Shown here: piece by piece, positions 63,165 through 64,000 of the stretch
How positions within the stretch are numbered: position 1 is the first letter of the stretch
Layout of the letters: every line of letters starts with the position of its first letter
Made by a program: the position numbers and the translations under genes
Notes under the pieces: model-generated
Database searches by the model: none
Told to the model about the DNA's origin: nothing
What the model saw: the letters and a program-made list of their open reading frames with translations, nothing else
Source: Sphyrna mokarran
Taxonomy: Eukaryota
NCBI GenBank assembly: GCA_024679065.1
Contig: JAGIQG010000014.1
Coordinates: forward strand, 75,144,001 to 75,208,000
Length of the DNA stretch: 64,000 nt
Direction: 5' to 3'

Positions 63165-64000
63165 CAACAAAAGCATCGTGCAATGTTGGTCTGAGGAAAT
63201 AGATGATTTCCTCCGGGCTGCCTAGAATCTGTAAACTGTCGGTATTTAAAAACTGAGCAACGAGCCTGAATGAGTATACCACTACATTAACTGACTTCAT
63301 TTGTCAGTGCATAAAAAGTCTTGTGCCAAAAATAGTAAATCCTTGCGTTCCCAACTGGAAGCAATGGATGAACAGGGATTTTTACCACCTGCTGAATTCC
63401 AGGTCTGAGGCATTCATGTCAGGCGATTCTGATCTACACAGGAAAACCAGGTATGAGCTACCCAGATACATCAAAGACGCCAAAAGACAGTGCCGGCCGA
63501 AGATAGAATCCGAGGATAGTCACACGGAATCCTGCTGACGATGGCATGATCTGCAAGACATGACAGGCTATATGATGAAGGCAGGTAAAATCCTGGCTCT
63601 AATGCGTCCTGTGTCCCTTTTGAACAAGACGTAAGCGAGTTCAACTCCTTCCTGGAAGCGTCGGATGAACCTGTATCTGACGTCACTGTTGCCGACGTCG
63701 AAATAGCCTTCTCAAAGGTCAACCCAAGAAAAAGCAACTGGCCGGATGGATTACCCGGACAAGCACTCAGGTCCTGAGCGGGCCACCTGGCGGAGGTATT
63801 CGCAGACATCTTTACCCTCTCTTTGCACCAATTTGAGTTCCCGACCTGCTTCCAGAGAACGACCGCCATCCCAGTACCAAATAAAAGGTAGGCAGTGTTC
63901 TTAATGAAAATGGTCCGATGGCTCTGACATCCATTATTATGAAGTGCTTTGAAGGTTAGTCATAGCACAAATCAATTCCTACCTACCCGATTGCCTCGAT
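63165..64000 (+). mobile_element. Rex1/Babar-like LINE ORF fragment, runs off the window
   Basis: VQCWSEE, PNWKQWMN..LLNSRSEAF.SGD..L.RK.RY, KVNPRKSNWPDG, EVFADIFTLSL, ALTSIIMKCFE. Confidence 0.75.

Noticed and set aside
54162-64000. Search for constant exons or a sixth promoter cassette
   Set aside because: No PXXP-type constant exon sequence or GTGTCGCTGTCTACCAATAAG motif was seen; the region is mostly decayed retroelements. Small exons could be missed by eye.

Overview
Vertebrate genomic DNA, most likely a shark or other cartilaginous fish, judged from HE1/V-SINE-like, Deu-SINE, CR1, Rex1/Babar and Penelope-like repeats. The window covers part of a clustered protocadherin (Pcdh) array. 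It holds five tandem + strand large-exon genes, each encoding a signal peptide, 6 cadherin repeats, a TM segment and a short cytoplasmic tail of about 800 aa in total. Four are intact (6939, 32652, 46182, 51759) and one is a pseudogene (19615). Each gene has an ~85-bp promoter cassette with identical spacing, in which the CGCT/CTCF-type element sits between two inverted CCAAT boxes. Every ORF stops inside its own exon, 27-55 nt before a splice-donor-like site. No constant exons are visible. Intergenic DNA is mostly decayed retroelements. These include a 1.35-kb palindromic Penelope-like insertion with a 12-bp TSD and a hammerhead ribozyme motif on each strand, and a Gypsy relic that appears to have Gmr1-type INT-before-RT order. 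Repeat family names come from motif recognition by eye and repeat boundaries are approximate.
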